Of a stretch of DNA of 64,000 bases, positions 17,129-26,206 are shown piece by piece; positions within the stretch are counted from its first letter, which is position 1; the number at the start of each line of letters is the position of its first letter. Position numbers and translations under genes: made by a program. Origin of the DNA: Deltaproteobacteria bacterium (GTDB lineage: Bacteria > Desulfobacterota > Syntrophia > Syntrophales > Smithellaceae). The notes under the pieces are model-generated. The model was given only the letters and a program-made list of their open reading frames with translations. It was not told where the DNA came from and searched no databases. Location: the NCBI GenBank assembly GCA_025361065.1, contig JANYAY010000010.1:12695-76694 (forward strand), written 5' to 3'.

Positions 17129-17830
17129 CTAAAAAGGCCACGCCCAATCCACGACTCTCGTCAACCATCCCGGCCTCATTTTGTCGTTAACGACGCCATC
17201 ACCCGTGTACATTATCCGCGCGTCGGCTATATATTGCGAAGCCACCGTATTGTCACCTGTAATATCATCCGGCCGGACAATTCCGGTGATAATGATGTAC
17301 TGATCTTCGGCATTGACGGTCAGCTGCCTTTTTCCTTCGATCAGCAGATTCCCGTTATCGAAAACCTTTAAAACACGGGCGCTAATGCTTGCTGACAATG
17401 TACTGCTCCGGCTGGTATCGCCCGATCCTTTGAGGGAATTATTGGATGTTCCGCCTAAACCGATTTTTCCTCCCATCGTAGCATTGCTGCCGATAATTGC
17501 ATTCTCAATGCCTAAAAGCGATGTAATAGCAGCTGCCGTGCTGGTATCTTTACTGGTATTTGTTGAAGCTTTGTTTCCGCCCGCTACTGTTTCCGAAACG
17601 ATAATAGTAACAATGTCGTTTGCATAGCGCGCCTTTTTACCGTAGAAAATCAAATTATTGTTGTTTTCACCCGGCCAGATGGAACCTGCGGCCGGCTGCG
17701 GCTTAGCTATCTGGGGAACAACAACCTCGTCCGGCCGGATACTGATTTTTTGTTCCGACGGACAGCCGGCAATTATAAAGGCAAGCAGTATTAAGGCCAA
17801 TCCCGAATAACTTTGTTTTATTTTCAGCAT
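17129..17830 (-). CDS. flgH: L-ring lipoprotein FlgH
   Basis: Lipobox LAFIIAGC, followed by ARYANDIVTIIVSE and RIMYTGDG motifs. Confidence 0.95.
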   Translation of the reverse strand: MLKIKQSYSGLALILLAFIIAGCPSEQKISIRPDEVVVPQIAKPQPAAGSIWPGENNNNLIFYGKKARYANDIVTIIVSETVAGGNKASTNTSKDTSTAAAITSLLGIENAIIGSNATMGGKIGLGGTSNNSLKGSGDTSRSSTLSASISARVLKVFDNGNLLIEGKRQLTVNAEDQYIIITGIVRPDDITGDNTVASQYIADARIMYTGDGVVNDKMRPGWLTRVVDWAWPF

Positions 17831-17845
17831 AAGATTGCTCCATTT

Positions 17846-18583
17846 CTATTTAAAATCGACTCTAACTTTTGATTCTCCGACAACTCGGGCATAAATTAGT
17901 TTATTGGATGTAATATTGCGCACTTTCACAAAAGACCCTTCCGCACCATCTTCTTCCGAAAGACCCATCGTTGTTATATTCATTGCTCCACTTTCCAAAA
18001 CAATCTGCACCATCTTACCTCTTTTAACAGCAGTTACCTCTTTGATCATATTGCGGGATATTTCGGTATTCGGACGAATACTGACTAAGAGCGATTTTCC
18101 CACAACTTCATCCACATTGGAAAGTGAGTTTAAGGGAATTGAACGTAGCCATTTTTTTTGCACAGAAACATCGTTGGCACTGATTATGGAATCTCTACCC
18201 AGATTTTTAATGCTGACAACAAATTCATGGAGGATTTCTATTCTCACGCGAATTGATTCTTCCTTAAACAAAATACCTTTATTATACAATTTTACAACGA
18301 AGTAAGTGTCTCCCAGGTAATTATCATTACCTTTAAGTTCCACCCTCCAGGAAACATTTCCTTTGGGCAGAGCAATTTCGGGGAGATGGGAAAGGATTTC
18401 AAACCGCATCGAGCCCTGGGGCCAGGGCATATTTTTCTCAATATGCAACCCAATTGCTTTATTTATTTTTTCCTGATCTATGACCAGGTTTTCTGCCGCC
18501 ATTAAATTTCTCGCCCCCAGGCAAATGATTATTCCGCATACAATGGAGAGAATTATTAATTTGCCGGTTACTCGCTTTAACAT
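17846..18583 (-). CDS. flgA: P-ring assembly chaperone FlgA
   Basis: Signal peptide, then a C-terminal SAF-like region VKRGKMVQIVLESGAMNITTMGLSEEDGAEGSFVKVRN. Confidence 0.85.
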   Translation of the reverse strand: MLKRVTGKLIILSIVCGIIICLGARNLMAAENLVIDQEKINKAIGLHIEKNMPWPQGSMRFEILSHLPEIALPKGNVSWRVELKGNDNYLGDTYFVVKLYNKGILFKEESIRVRIEILHEFVVSIKNLGRDSIISANDVSVQKKWLRSIPLNSLSNVDEVVGKSLLVSIRPNTEISRNMIKEVTAVKRGKMVQIVLESGAMNITTMGLSEEDGAEGSFVKVRNITSNKLIYARVVGESKVRVDFK

Positions 18584-18586
18584 TTT

Positions 18587-19369
18587 TTACCTCTTGAGGT
18601 TGTTAACAATGGAGAGGAGACTGTCAGCCGTTTGAATGGCCTTGGAATTAATTTCATAGGCCCTTTGGCCGACAATCATGCGGACCATTTCATCGACTAC
18701 ACTTACATTAGACATTTCCAGAAAATGCTGGGATATAGTTCCAATGCCATTTTCTCCCGGATTCCCGACAACCGCATCACCGGACGATTCCGTTTTGTCA
18801 TAAAGGTTTCTACCAATGCTGGTTAATCCCGCCGGATTAATAAATGACGCTAATTGTATACGGCCTGTTCCCAATGATGCTCCGGCATTATCGGCCGCGG
18901 TCCAGGTTCCGCCGGCATCAACTGTAAAGGATACTGTTCCTGTCGGGATGGTAATGCTGGGAGTAAGCTTCAATCCCTCGGAATTGACTAAGGAACCTTC
19001 CTTATTAACTTTAAGGCTGCCGGCCCGGCTGTAAACTGTTGTCCCATTATTATCGAACTGAAAAAAACCATTTTGCTCAATTGCCAGGTCAAATTGATTA
19101 CCGGTTTGCTGATAATCGCCCTGGGTAAATATTTTTTGCGTGGACATCGGTTTTACACCCATGCCTATTTCAATGCCTACCGGTAACTGATTGCCCTGAG
19201 TTGTCTGGGAACCCGATTTCGCTGTAATCTGATACATGAGATCAAGAAAATCGGCCCGTGACTTCTTGAAACCAACTGTATTCACATTAGCCAAATTATT
19301 AGCCACGACATCCTGTTCTAATTGCTGGGCCGCCATACCGGTTGCCGCCGTAAACAAAGCTCTGATCAT
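18587..19369 (-). CDS. flgG: Distal rod protein FlgG
   Basis: MIRALFTAATGMAAQQLEQDVVANNLANVNTVGFKKSR at the N-terminus and QRAYEINSKAIQTADSLL at the C-terminus. Confidence 0.95.
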   Translation of the reverse strand: MIRALFTAATGMAAQQLEQDVVANNLANVNTVGFKKSRADFLDLMYQITAKSGSQTTQGNQLPVGIEIGMGVKPMSTQKIFTQGDYQQTGNQFDLAIEQNGFFQFDNNGTTVYSRAGSLKVNKEGSLVNSEGLKLTPSITIPTGTVSFTVDAGGTWTAADNAGASLGTGRIQLASFINPAGLTSIGRNLYDKTESSGDAVVGNPGENGIGTISQHFLEMSNVSVVDEMVRMIVGQRAYEINSKAIQTADSLLSIVNNLKR

Positions 19370-19381
19370 ATGATCCTCCTT

Positions 19382-20095
19382 TTAAGCCAATCTCCCTATT
19401 TTGCTTATAGAAATCTTATCTAAGTCTGACATGGTTTGAATTATTTTTTGATACGTTTCAAAAGAACGATGTCCATCTATCATCTCCACCATCTCTTTCA
19501 TTGCGTTGACATTGGACATTTCCAGATAACCGCCTGATACTCGATATTGATCATTTTTTTTTAATCCGGCGTTTCCCTCATCAATATACTGCCCTCCGGC
19601 AGTACGAATTAGTTGACCCGGATTGGCAAACGAAACTACTTTTAATTTTCCTGCCAAATTTCCGTCGACCCGAATAGTACCATCGGCGTCAATATTTATC
19701 TGTGTACCGTTAATAGTTATCGGCCCCGATTCCCCCAGCACTTTTGCTCCGCTCTTTGTTACTAATTCTTTATCTTTATTCAGGACAAAGCCGCCGTTAC
19801 GCGTATAGGTAGTGCCGTCTTTTTGATCAATGGTAAAAAAACCTTCGCCTTCAATGGCCACATCCAGTGGATTGCCGGTATGTTGTAAGGTGCCCTGAGC
19901 AAAATCCATGACTATGGATGTTGGTCCCAAACCAGAGGGGGATGTTTCTTGCGCCTGCTTTTCCTTCATTGCGTAATACAGATGTTCTGATTTAAATCCG
20001 GTTGTGGAAGCGTTGGCGAGATTATTGGAAAGAAAATCCAATTGAGTAAGCTTTCTTGATCCGGCAATAGCAATATCACTTATATCGTAGCCCAT
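19382..20095 (-). CDS. flgF: Proximal rod protein FlgF
   Basis: LSNNLANASTTGFKSE at the N-terminus and YLEMSNVNAMKEMVEMIDGHRSFETYQKIIQT at the C-terminus. It lies upstream of flgG. Confidence 0.85.
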   Translation of the reverse strand: MGYDISDIAIAGSRKLTQLDFLSNNLANASTTGFKSEHLYYAMKEKQAQETSPSGLGPTSIVMDFAQGTLQHTGNPLDVAIEGEGFFTIDQKDGTTYTRNGGFVLNKDKELVTKSGAKVLGESGPITINGTQINIDADGTIRVDGNLAGKLKVVSFANPGQLIRTAGGQYIDEGNAGLKKNDQYRVSGGYLEMSNVNAMKEMVEMIDGHRSFETYQKIIQTMSDLDKISISKIGRLA

Positions 20096-20125
20096 TTTTC
20101 CTCCCCCTATTTTGCATTACAACAT

Positions 20126-20141
20126 TGCAAGCGATATGCCA
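20126..20141 (-). promoter_or_regulatory. sigma54 promoter upstream of flgF
   Basis: Minus sense reads TGGCAT-atcgc-TTGCA, 30 nt before the ATG and followed by GGGGGAGG. Confidence 0.8.
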
Positions 20142-20352
20142 TAAGATTTCACCGATACTCAGTTATCGAAATAGTTAGAGGGAATGACCTTGGCCGCTGA
20201 GTTTTCAGTGACAATTAACAATACTTATCAAGTATTTACACGATAGCTTTAATTAAATTGAAAAATTGTCATTAATGGTAATTTAAATAAATACAATTTT
20301 TCTGCAACACTGGCCGGGAGGAAATAATGTGCCGGGAGGAAATTTTTTCCTT

Positions 20353-20412
20353 GAGGAACCGTTACGAAATTATCTGTTCTTTTTTCTATTGCGTTACGGC
20401 TCCTTATGCCGG
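20353..20412 (-). repeat. Intergenic hairpin element, copy B
   Basis: Minus sense reads CCGGCATAAGGAGCCGTAACGCAAT-agaaaaaagaacagata-ATTTCGTAACGGTTCCTC. Confidence 0.8.
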
Positions 20413-20460
20413 TTAAGAGATTAGAATATTACAGTCGTGCCATAACCTGATAACCTCAAG

Positions 20461-20490
20461 GTCACAAGAGGTCACGCGAAGTCACAAGAG
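20461..20490. repeat. Three tandem 10-mers
   Basis: GTCACAAGAG GTCACGCGAA GTCACAAGAG, preceded by ATAACCTG ATAACCTC (20443-20458). Confidence 0.8.
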
Positions 20491-20544
20491 CAGTATGGGT
20501 GGTTATTGTTGATGAACGGCTTGGCGGCAAAAAGAGGTTAATTT

Positions 20545-20850
20545 TTATGATCGGGAAATATTTTGCGATCTCTGATTTTCATTGAGTGAATAAACAAAGG
20601 CCAGGATTTCTGCGACGGCCCGGTACAATTCCACCGGAATTTCGGCACCGACTTTCAATTTACTTAATACCTGAACCAAATCAGGATCATTCTTGATCGG
20701 TATGCCGTTTTCTTCAGCAATTGTGATTATTTTTTCAGCAATTATGCCACGTCCGCTTACCGTCACTTTCGGCGCGCCATCCCCTGCGTTATCGTATTTT
20801 ATAGCAGCAGCCAGGACGTGTTCCGGTTCTTTTTCTTTTTTCTCGATCAT
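20545..20850 (-). CDS. Free-standing FlhB C-terminal-domain homolog (YlqH/FlhX-like)
   Basis: 101 aa. HVLAAAIKYD..APKVTVSGRGIIAEKIITIAEENGIPIKNDPDLVQVL..IPVELYRAVAEILAFVY aligns with FlhB in this window starting just after its NPTH (compare HLAVAIQYD..APKVVAKGANLIAAKIKEIAQENDIPIVEDKPLAQVLY..IPEDLYRAVAEVLAFVY). Confidence 0.85.
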   Translation of the reverse strand: MIEKKEKEPEHVLAAAIKYDNAGDGAPKVTVSGRGIIAEKIITIAEENGIPIKNDPDLVQVLSKLKVGAEIPVELYRAVAEILAFVYSLNENQRSQNISRS

Positions 20851-20859
20851 TATTGCCCT

Positions 20860-22017
20860 CTAGGCAAAAAAATTAACCAATTCCGCAGCTGCGAATGATT
20901 GCCCTGCTATAAATTCTTCCCGCTCATCCATCAATCCATCTTCTTGCAAACAATCGATATAGCCAAGCCGATAGCCGGTTCCCGCAAGTGAACGCTTCAG
21001 TTCATCAAGATTATCGTTGACCAGATCCCTGACATCCATTCTTTCGCATTTGATTATGCAGTTGAAGCCACCTTCACGTACACCGGCCTTGACCGAGATT
21101 TTTCCCAGAATATCTAAATCTAAAAAAATTGTAACACAACATGATGAAAACTTTGTTTTGCCCAGCCCATTATTTCCTTCCGGGGTAATAAATATATCGG
21201 CTAAACGAAAGCCGTCAGCCAGAGCCACCGGAACCTGCAACACCAGTCCGTTGTCGCTGTCCTGAAAAACTGAATTCAGGACCTGCTTCACTTCAATCGT
21301 CTTTAATGCTTCATCGGTAAACGCTAATATATTTGCCAGTTTTGCCGTAATTTCCATATCAAGTTTTGAGTTTTCCCGGAGAGCATCGCCTGCTGCAGAT
21401 GATAATTTTAACAGTAATGCTTTTAAATTGTCTTCCAGAGGCTTTTCCATTCTTCCCTTGGCGGGATCGCTGACAAGTTGTCTCAATGAATTCTCCAGCA
21501 TGAGGCCCATCTTGGAAACAAACTCTTTCAAAAACAATGGATTATTCCCGGTACGCGACGAAAACGTTATATTATCAAACAGTTTTATCAATTTCTCCAC
21601 ATCGCTTTTAGAAAAAGCCGGCGGCAGATAATCGGTTTGCAGAAGCTTCGCCAATCCGGCAACTTTATCGATTACCTGCAACAAAGATTCGGGATTTGCC
21701 CGCCATTGCCGCAATTTTTCATTAATTTGGGCATCGCCATTTTGATTTTTGTTACCGACGATATTTAAGATAATTTGCGGCTGTAAACTATCAACTCTAA
21801 CTACAAGTTTTTCGCCCACATTTAAAGGTATGTTACTTGTTGCCGGAATCTGCAAGTTTTTCAATGCCATCATATATTTATTGCCGGCTAACTTCTCCAC
21901 AACTATTGTCTGCAGAGTTTCTCCCAGGACAACTCCTTTGAGAGACACATTAGAGTGGGATATTTCTATGTTGTTAGCTGGAATATTGTTAGCCGGAGAT
22001 ATTGGTGCGGGAGACAT
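20860..22017 (-). CDS. Second FliK-like protein with a C-terminal Flg_hook-type domain
   Basis: The C-terminus IFLDLDILGKISVKAGVREGGFNCIIKCERMDVRDLVNDNLDELKRSLAGTGYRLGYIDC follows the FliK C-terminal pattern. Compare LNPPSLGKVEMDVIVRNGKVEVVLVADNKDVQQTLNTHIDKLKGSLQSQGLTIERCDV in FliK at 37791-39479. Confidence 0.6.
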   Translation of the reverse strand: MSPAPISPANNIPANNIEISHSNVSLKGVVLGETLQTIVVEKLAGNKYMMALKNLQIPATSNIPLNVGEKLVVRVDSLQPQIILNIVGNKNQNGDAQINEKLRQWRANPESLLQVIDKVAGLAKLLQTDYLPPAFSKSDVEKLIKLFDNITFSSRTGNNPLFLKEFVSKMGLMLENSLRQLVSDPAKGRMEKPLEDNLKALLLKLSSAAGDALRENSKLDMEITAKLANILAFTDEALKTIEVKQVLNSVFQDSDNGLVLQVPVALADGFRLADIFITPEGNNGLGKTKFSSCCVTIFLDLDILGKISVKAGVREGGFNCIIKCERMDVRDLVNDNLDELKRSLAGTGYRLGYIDCLQEDGLMDEREEFIAGQSFAAAELVNFFA

Positions 22018-22033
22018 CAGGTATTCTCAGTTT

Positions 22034-22098
22034 TAGGAGCCGTTATGAAATTAACCATTATATATTTCTAACCATTTCGTTACGGCTCCTTATGCCGT
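22034..22098 (-). repeat. Intergenic hairpin element, copy C
   Basis: Minus sense reads ACGGCATAAGGAGCCGTAACGAAAT-ggttagaaatatataatggtta-ATTTCATAACGGCTCCTA. It ends 17 nt before the ATG at 22017. Confidence 0.8.
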
Positions 22099-22131
22099 TT
22101 TCAGCATTTATTTGATCAAGTTAATTTTGCT

Positions 22132-22596
22132 CTACGGCTTAATACGGGAAAGATCAATAATTAATCCAATTTCAGCTTGGGTAAAGCCGGTAGTGCGAGC
22201 TGTTTCCTCTTCTCCATATCCCTTATTGATCATGTTTATTACTTCAGAATATTTACTTCGTGAAAAAGCGGAATCATTATTTGCGGCTTTTACATCTATG
22301 ATTTTCACTTCCTGCTGCGATTTTTCTAAAATCATTTTTACCCTTTTTTCTTTCAGTTCCAGTTCCAGGGCAATTTCTTTCAGGGCCAGCCTGCTTTGTT
22401 CCATAGCTTGCAGAAATTTATCGGCATTGGTCTGTGATTCGATAATTAAAGATTTTAATTCGGCTGTCATTTTTCGATGAGAATCAAGGGGAGGATTTTT
22501 AATGTTGGCATTTACCCGCCAAAGCAAAATTATTATAGCTGCAAATAAGACAAAATCGAGGCTAATTTGTAAAAATATCGGATTTTGCAAGTCCAT
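22132..22596 (-). CDS. DUF2802-like membrane-anchored protein with a C-terminal HTH-like segment
   Basis: One TM segment (ISLDFVLFAAIIILLW), a coiled coil, and a C-terminus YSEVINMINKGYGEEETARTTGFTQAEIGLIIDL. The ATG at 22596 lies 1 nt after the upstream stop. The ORF-track start at 22659 overlaps the upstream gene. Confidence 0.55.
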   Translation of the reverse strand: MDLQNPIFLQISLDFVLFAAIIILLWRVNANIKNPPLDSHRKMTAELKSLIIESQTNADKFLQAMEQSRLALKEIALELELKEKRVKMILEKSQQEVKIIDVKAANNDSAFSRSKYSEVINMINKGYGEEETARTTGFTQAEIGLIIDLSRIKP

Positions 22597-22597
22597 T

Positions 22598-22912
22598 TTA
22601 AACCTTGATGTTGATGTGTCCGCCTTCGTCCTCGGATTCGCCGTCTTCACCGGCAGCAAGGTGTTCGGGATTTCCTTCCGGGTGCTGCTCTTTGCTTTTC
22701 CTGCCGCTCTGACGTTCTTCTTTTTCTTTTATTACAGCCTTCTCCGATTCTTCCGCTGATTTTACCTTTTCTTTTAAAACACGATCCTGTTCCGATAAGT
22801 GCAAGGCAAAATACCGCTGTTGCATATCCGGATTTTGCTGCTGGATTTGCTGAACTTTTTCCGCCATGCTCGATTGCAGAATTACTTGTTGTGCATCTAT
22901 TGCCCTGACCAT
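22598..22912 (-). CDS. Hypothetical small Q-, K- and E-rich protein
   Basis: 104 aa with GGAGG 8 nt before the ATG, translationally coupled to the next gene. I recognise no family. Confidence 0.55.
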   Translation of the reverse strand: MVRAIDAQQVILQSSMAEKVQQIQQQNPDMQQRYFALHLSEQDRVLKEKVKSAEESEKAVIKEKEERQSGRKSKEQHPEGNPEHLAAGEDGESEDEGGHINIKV

Positions 22913-22998
22913 GAATTATTACCTCCTGTCTATTATTTTTCTGAAACAGGACGTTTCCACTAAACAGATCGTCAAAACAACAGAATTTCTTAAATTTC

Positions 22999-23787
22999 CT
23001 ATCTTTTAATTCTTTCACTACGATAAGGAAAGCCAATGGAAATAGTGCTAAAGTTTTCCTCACTGAAAAAATTAATTCTTGCCTGATATTTATCAAAAAG
23101 AAGTAAAGACATTAAAACTCCCCGATCAACAGCGGCAGGCATATTCAAGGAATCAGAGTTTAAATTTTCCATTAATGTTTCCAGATCAGCAGCAGGCATA
23201 GCCTCACCGGAGCTTTTGATAAACACACTTACATACTTATTATCATGATCCGTTTTAATATGAAATTCCTTTAACGGGCTCGCTAAAGCCCGAGTCATTG
23301 CAAAACGGATAATTCTCCAGAAGGCCAGCGATAAATCCGCCGTATTGCCCTTAAAATCGGGGATGTCTTTATCCCATTGAATATCTTTCTTTATCTCATG
23401 TTTAAAATCCAAATAAAAATTGAAAAAGCGCATCTCTGCCGCGAGCAATTGAGAAAGATTTATTCCATCTTCATTTTTCGCGGCTAATGCATAAAACTTA
23501 CCGGCAACATCTTTGAACATATCGAAGAAATATTCCGATTCCTGATTAACAGAGTTAATATCCGTCTTGATCCGCTTTAGTTCATCCATCATTCCCGCCG
23601 CGGCATCCGGATACTTTTCTTCCATCTTTCTTACGCTTTCCTCAATACGCCGCTGCAGCAGTTTTGATCTTCCCATGATACCGTTTAGAGGATTGGCAAA
23701 ATTATGAAGAATACCAGGAATTAGTTCTTCAATAAAAGTTGCTGTAAAATCTTTTTCCAATGCCCGGTAGATTTCGCCTTTATCCAT
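22999..23787 (-). CDS. Histidine-kinase-like protein with an intact H-box and a degenerate ATP-binding domain
   Basis: HNFANPLNGIMGRSKLL is a HisKA H-box. At the expected N, G1 and G2 positions the sequence reads FWRIIRFAMTRAL, IKSSGEAMP and VDRGVLMSL. There is no sensor or TM region. Confidence 0.6.
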   Translation of the reverse strand: MDKGEIYRALEKDFTATFIEELIPGILHNFANPLNGIMGRSKLLQRRIEESVRKMEEKYPDAAAGMMDELKRIKTDINSVNQESEYFFDMFKDVAGKFYALAAKNEDGINLSQLLAAEMRFFNFYLDFKHEIKKDIQWDKDIPDFKGNTADLSLAFWRIIRFAMTRALASPLKEFHIKTDHDNKYVSVFIKSSGEAMPAADLETLMENLNSDSLNMPAAVDRGVLMSLLLFDKYQARINFFSEENFSTISIGFPYRSERIKR

Positions 23788-23869
23788 TTACGACATCTCC
23801 TTTGTATATAAATCGCTTTCCCGTCCTGCAATGTCCATTATAGAATACCTTTTCCCGGAAAGGAAAGAT

Positions 23870-24487
23870 TTACATTATTACGTAGTTGGTAAAATATACA
23901 TTTTTAACAATGCCATCACCCAGCATTTTGTTCAATTCCTGCACTAATTCCTTTTTCAATCGCTTGCGCTCTTCAATTGATTTTAAAACTACGGCATTTC
24001 TTCCCGTTGCAGTTTGATAAATCAGGTTCCTGATATCATTCCTGTTTTCCAACTCTGCAATTATCCCCGCCTCACTTACATCAAAAACAACATCGCACAG
24101 CAGAATTTTGCTTTTGCCCGCTTTATCTTTCAGGTCAATAATAAAATCTTTAAAATATGCATTATTCATTTTTACCGGTTCGACTGCAACCGGTGCGCTG
24201 ATTCTTTCATCGTTTGCCGGTTTTTTCTCGATTACCACTGCCGGAGGGACTGATTTAAGTTTGGTCACGGTAGTATCTGTTCGTGAAAGATAAAACCACA
24301 ATAATCCGGTAATTACAAGGACAACGATTATAGCCGGCATACCAATCAAAAGAATTTTATTGAAAGCCCATTTTTCCTGCGCAACAGGAAGCGACGACTC
24401 CTCCTGCTCCATCATCGGGCTGTTTAAATCCGTCAGTTCTATGTCCGGCAGATTTTCCAGAACATCTAATTTTGCTTTTTCTACCAT
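23870..24487 (-). CDS. FliL-family protein, second copy
   Basis: One TM segment, then a C-terminus FIIDLKD..ILLCDVVFDV...RKRLKKELVQELNKMLGDGIVKNVYFTNYVIM with the FliL pattern. Confidence 0.7.
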   Translation of the reverse strand: MVEKAKLDVLENLPDIELTDLNSPMMEQEESSLPVAQEKWAFNKILLIGMPAIIVVLVITGLLWFYLSRTDTTVTKLKSVPPAVVIEKKPANDERISAPVAVEPVKMNNAYFKDFIIDLKDKAGKSKILLCDVVFDVSEAGIIAELENRNDIRNLIYQTATGRNAVVLKSIEERKRLKKELVQELNKMLGDGIVKNVYFTNYVIM

Positions 24488-24543
24488 AATTCACCAACAA
24501 ATCGTTAGGGGCCGTTACAATATTGTAGTTATTGCTGAACGGC

Positions 24544-25266
24544 TTAACGGGAAAAATTGACCATGCTTTTTAATCTTAAAACCGCTTGCGCGTGAAGTTG
24601 ACAAACTCGTGATTCCGTTAAATCCATCACCCGGCCGGTTTCCTTCATGGTCAATTCCTCATAATAATAAAGAGAAAGAACAAGTCTTTCTTTTTCCGGC
24701 AACTGGTCGATGGCGTTCTTGAGATTATTCTTTATCTCCATATTCACGAGTAAGTTAAGCGGGCTTCCGGCGCTGATCTCTTCCATAATATCTTCGCGGC
24801 TGTAGCGTTCCAGATAATCAGGCGGCAAGTCTTCAGTGGATATCAGAGGAATGCACCTGGCATCATCGAGTAATTTAAAATACTCTTCCAGAGAAATATC
24901 CAGCTCACGGGCAATTTCTTCCTCACTCGGCGCTCTGCCTAATTCTTTATGCAACGCTCCCATTGCATTTTCCAGTTTGCTGTCTTTGCTTCTGGTCGCC
25001 CGGGGAACCCAATCTTTTGCCCGTAATTCATCAAGAACAGCTCCCCTAATCCGAAAACTGGCATATGTTTCGAATTGGACATTTCTGTTTTTGTCAAATT
25101 TTTCTAAAGCGGACATTAAACCCATAATGCCGACATTGATTAAATCTTCTTTATCCGCCAAATCAATAGGCAATTTAGCAGCCAGCCGCCCGACAATATT
25201 TTTTACGAGCGGCGCATATCTCATTATCAGTTCTTCGCGCTTTTTTTTATCCACAATTTCGATCAA
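24544..25266 (-). CDS. fliA: Flagellar sigma factor FliA (sigma28)
   Basis: Regions 2 to 4 are recognisable (DLINVGIMGLMSALEKFD, YASFRIRGAVLDELR, VLSLYYYEELTMKETGRVMDLTESRVCQLH). It lies downstream of flhF-flhG. Confidence 0.95.
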   Translation of the reverse strand: MIEIVDKKKREELIMRYAPLVKNIVGRLAAKLPIDLADKEDLINVGIMGLMSALEKFDKNRNVQFETYASFRIRGAVLDELRAKDWVPRATRSKDSKLENAMGALHKELGRAPSEEEIARELDISLEEYFKLLDDARCIPLISTEDLPPDYLERYSREDIMEEISAGSPLNLLVNMEIKNNLKNAIDQLPEKERLVLSLYYYEELTMKETGRVMDLTESRVCQLHAQAVLRLKSMVNFSR

Positions 25267-26161
25267 CGATATTTTCCCAGAATAATTTTACGCTGCCGTC
25301 TTCATCATCCCGTACATTCTCGCTGCAAATAGTTTCGGCAATTTTAGCCAGACATCTGGTAGCAGGAGAATTTGGATAAATTTCGGCCACAGCTCTTTGC
25401 TGCAAAACAGCCTGTTTAACTTTTTCATCTAACAACACATAGCCCAAATACTCAATAGTTAAATTTAAAAATTGATCGGTGGCATGACTTAACCTGTCAT
25501 AAACCTCTTTAGCCTCAGAAGGCCTGCGAACCATATTGACAATTAAACGAAAACGTCTTTTAGCGTGACGTTGATAAAGCACTTTAATTAATGCATAAGC
25601 GTCCGTTAAAGCAGTCGGTTCAGGAGTTGTAACTACAATTATCTCTTTCGCCGCCATGTTGAAGTACATGACATTGGAGGAAATGCCGGCACCAGTGTCT
25701 ATTAATATAAAATCGAGAGAATCATTGAGGGAATTTAATTCATCAATCAGGGTCAGTTTCTGGCCTCGGGAAAGATCGGTCATTTCGGGTATTCCCGACG
25801 CTGAAGGCAGAATCTTAATGCCGCCGGGTCCTTCTACCAGTGTTTCCGCGAGAAGCCTCTCGCCATTTAATACATGGAACAGATTATAGGGGGAATTAAT
25901 GCCGAGAATAACGTCAATATTAGCTAAACCGGCATCAGCATCCAGTATCATCGTCTTTTGATTCTTCCGGGAAAGAAGATAAGCCAGATTAGCGGCAATA
26001 TTGGTTTTGCCCACACCACCTTTTCCACTGGTAACGGATATCATCCGTACCCCATTGCGGGAGGGATAACCTCTTTGTACACCCGGATTAACTGTCGGGG
26101 TAATTGAACTTTTATCCTGATTTCTTAATGTTCTCAGAGCCTCTGCCTGATCCGTTCTCAT
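25247..26161 (-). CDS. flhG: MinD/ParA-type ATPase FlhG (FleN/YlxH)
   Basis: Deviant Walker A SGKGGVGKT, located between flhF and fliA. Confidence 0.9.
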   Translation of the reverse strand: MRTDQAEALRTLRNQDKSSITPTVNPGVQRGYPSRNGVRMISVTSGKGGVGKTNIAANLAYLLSRKNQKTMILDADAGLANIDVILGINSPYNLFHVLNGERLLAETLVEGPGGIKILPSASGIPEMTDLSRGQKLTLIDELNSLNDSLDFILIDTGAGISSNVMYFNMAAKEIIVVTTPEPTALTDAYALIKVLYQRHAKRRFRLIVNMVRRPSEAKEVYDRLSHATDQFLNLTIEYLGYVLLDEKVKQAVLQQRAVAEIYPNSPATRCLAKIAETICSENVRDDEDGSVKLFWENIVDRNCG

Positions 26162-26206
26162 ATAACTCCTTAAGTAATTACATTTTATAGCTTTGTCTTT
26201 TTGCCT

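Noticed and set aside
20461-20490. Tandem 10-mers and the other short direct repeats, considered as a possible CRISPR array.
   Set aside because: The units are only 10 nt long, directly abutting with no spacers, and there are only three copies. No cas genes are present.
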